A program made the position numbers and the translations under genes. From an uncultured delta proteobacterium (GTDB taxonomy: Bacteria > Desulfobacterota > Syntrophia > Syntrophales > Smithellaceae), in assembly GCA_963845095.1 (NCBI GenBank), contig CAWJQM010000016.1:187183-251182 (forward strand): 64,000 nucleotides of DNA. The letters run 5' to 3'. Within the stretch, counting starts at the first letter, position 1. Each line of letters opens with the position of its first letter. Below the pieces are notes generated by a model, which was not told the DNA's origin, ran no database searches, and saw nothing but the letters and a program-made list of their open reading frames with translations. Of the stretch, positions 63,998 to 64,000 are shown in pieces.

Positions 63998-64000
63998 ATT

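Overview
This 64-kb window is mostly core genome from a Gram-negative, probably anaerobic bacterium. Gene order resembles Deltaproteobacteria/Thermodesulfobacteriota, but the taxon cannot be established from this sequence alone.

Layout:
- 1-6.7 kb: a PreP-like M16 peptidase, followed by a small accessory patch. The patch holds an orphan 4Fe-4S protein bracketed by gene debris and an IS91-family transposase remnant.
- 6.7-13.5 kb, minus strand: pgpA-cinA-thpR-recA-recX-alaS.
- 13.5-14.9 kb: a mini-island with a perfect 76-bp tandem repeat, a Phd/YefM-ParE toxin-antitoxin pair and a structured repeat.
- 14.9-38 kb: housekeeping genes (dinB, a fadB-like gene, nnr, rimO, ftsK, plsC, rfaE1, yicC-gmk-rpoZ-pyrF-rlmB, pilC).
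- 38-42.7 kb: a cysteine-synthase::CysRS-like fusion gene followed by amrB-amrA.
- 42.8-64 kb: tRNA Thr-Tyr-Gly-Thr, rpmG, tRNA-Trp, secE-nusG-rplKAJL-rpoBC-rpsLG-tuf and the S10/spc ribosomal-protein operons.

Two points dominate the reading.
1. About 20 single-nucleotide frame breaks interrupt otherwise intact conserved genes, including rpoB (twice) and alaS (twice). This most likely reflects indel errors in the assembly rather than biology. I therefore report reconstructed full-length spans.
2. A family of hairpin-containing elements of roughly 110-130 bp occurs four times. Each copy is inserted exactly at a gene end.

I found no convincing new multi-gene system. The most interesting single locus is the CysK/CysM-like::divergent CysRS fusion next to the AmmeMemoRadiSam A/B genes.
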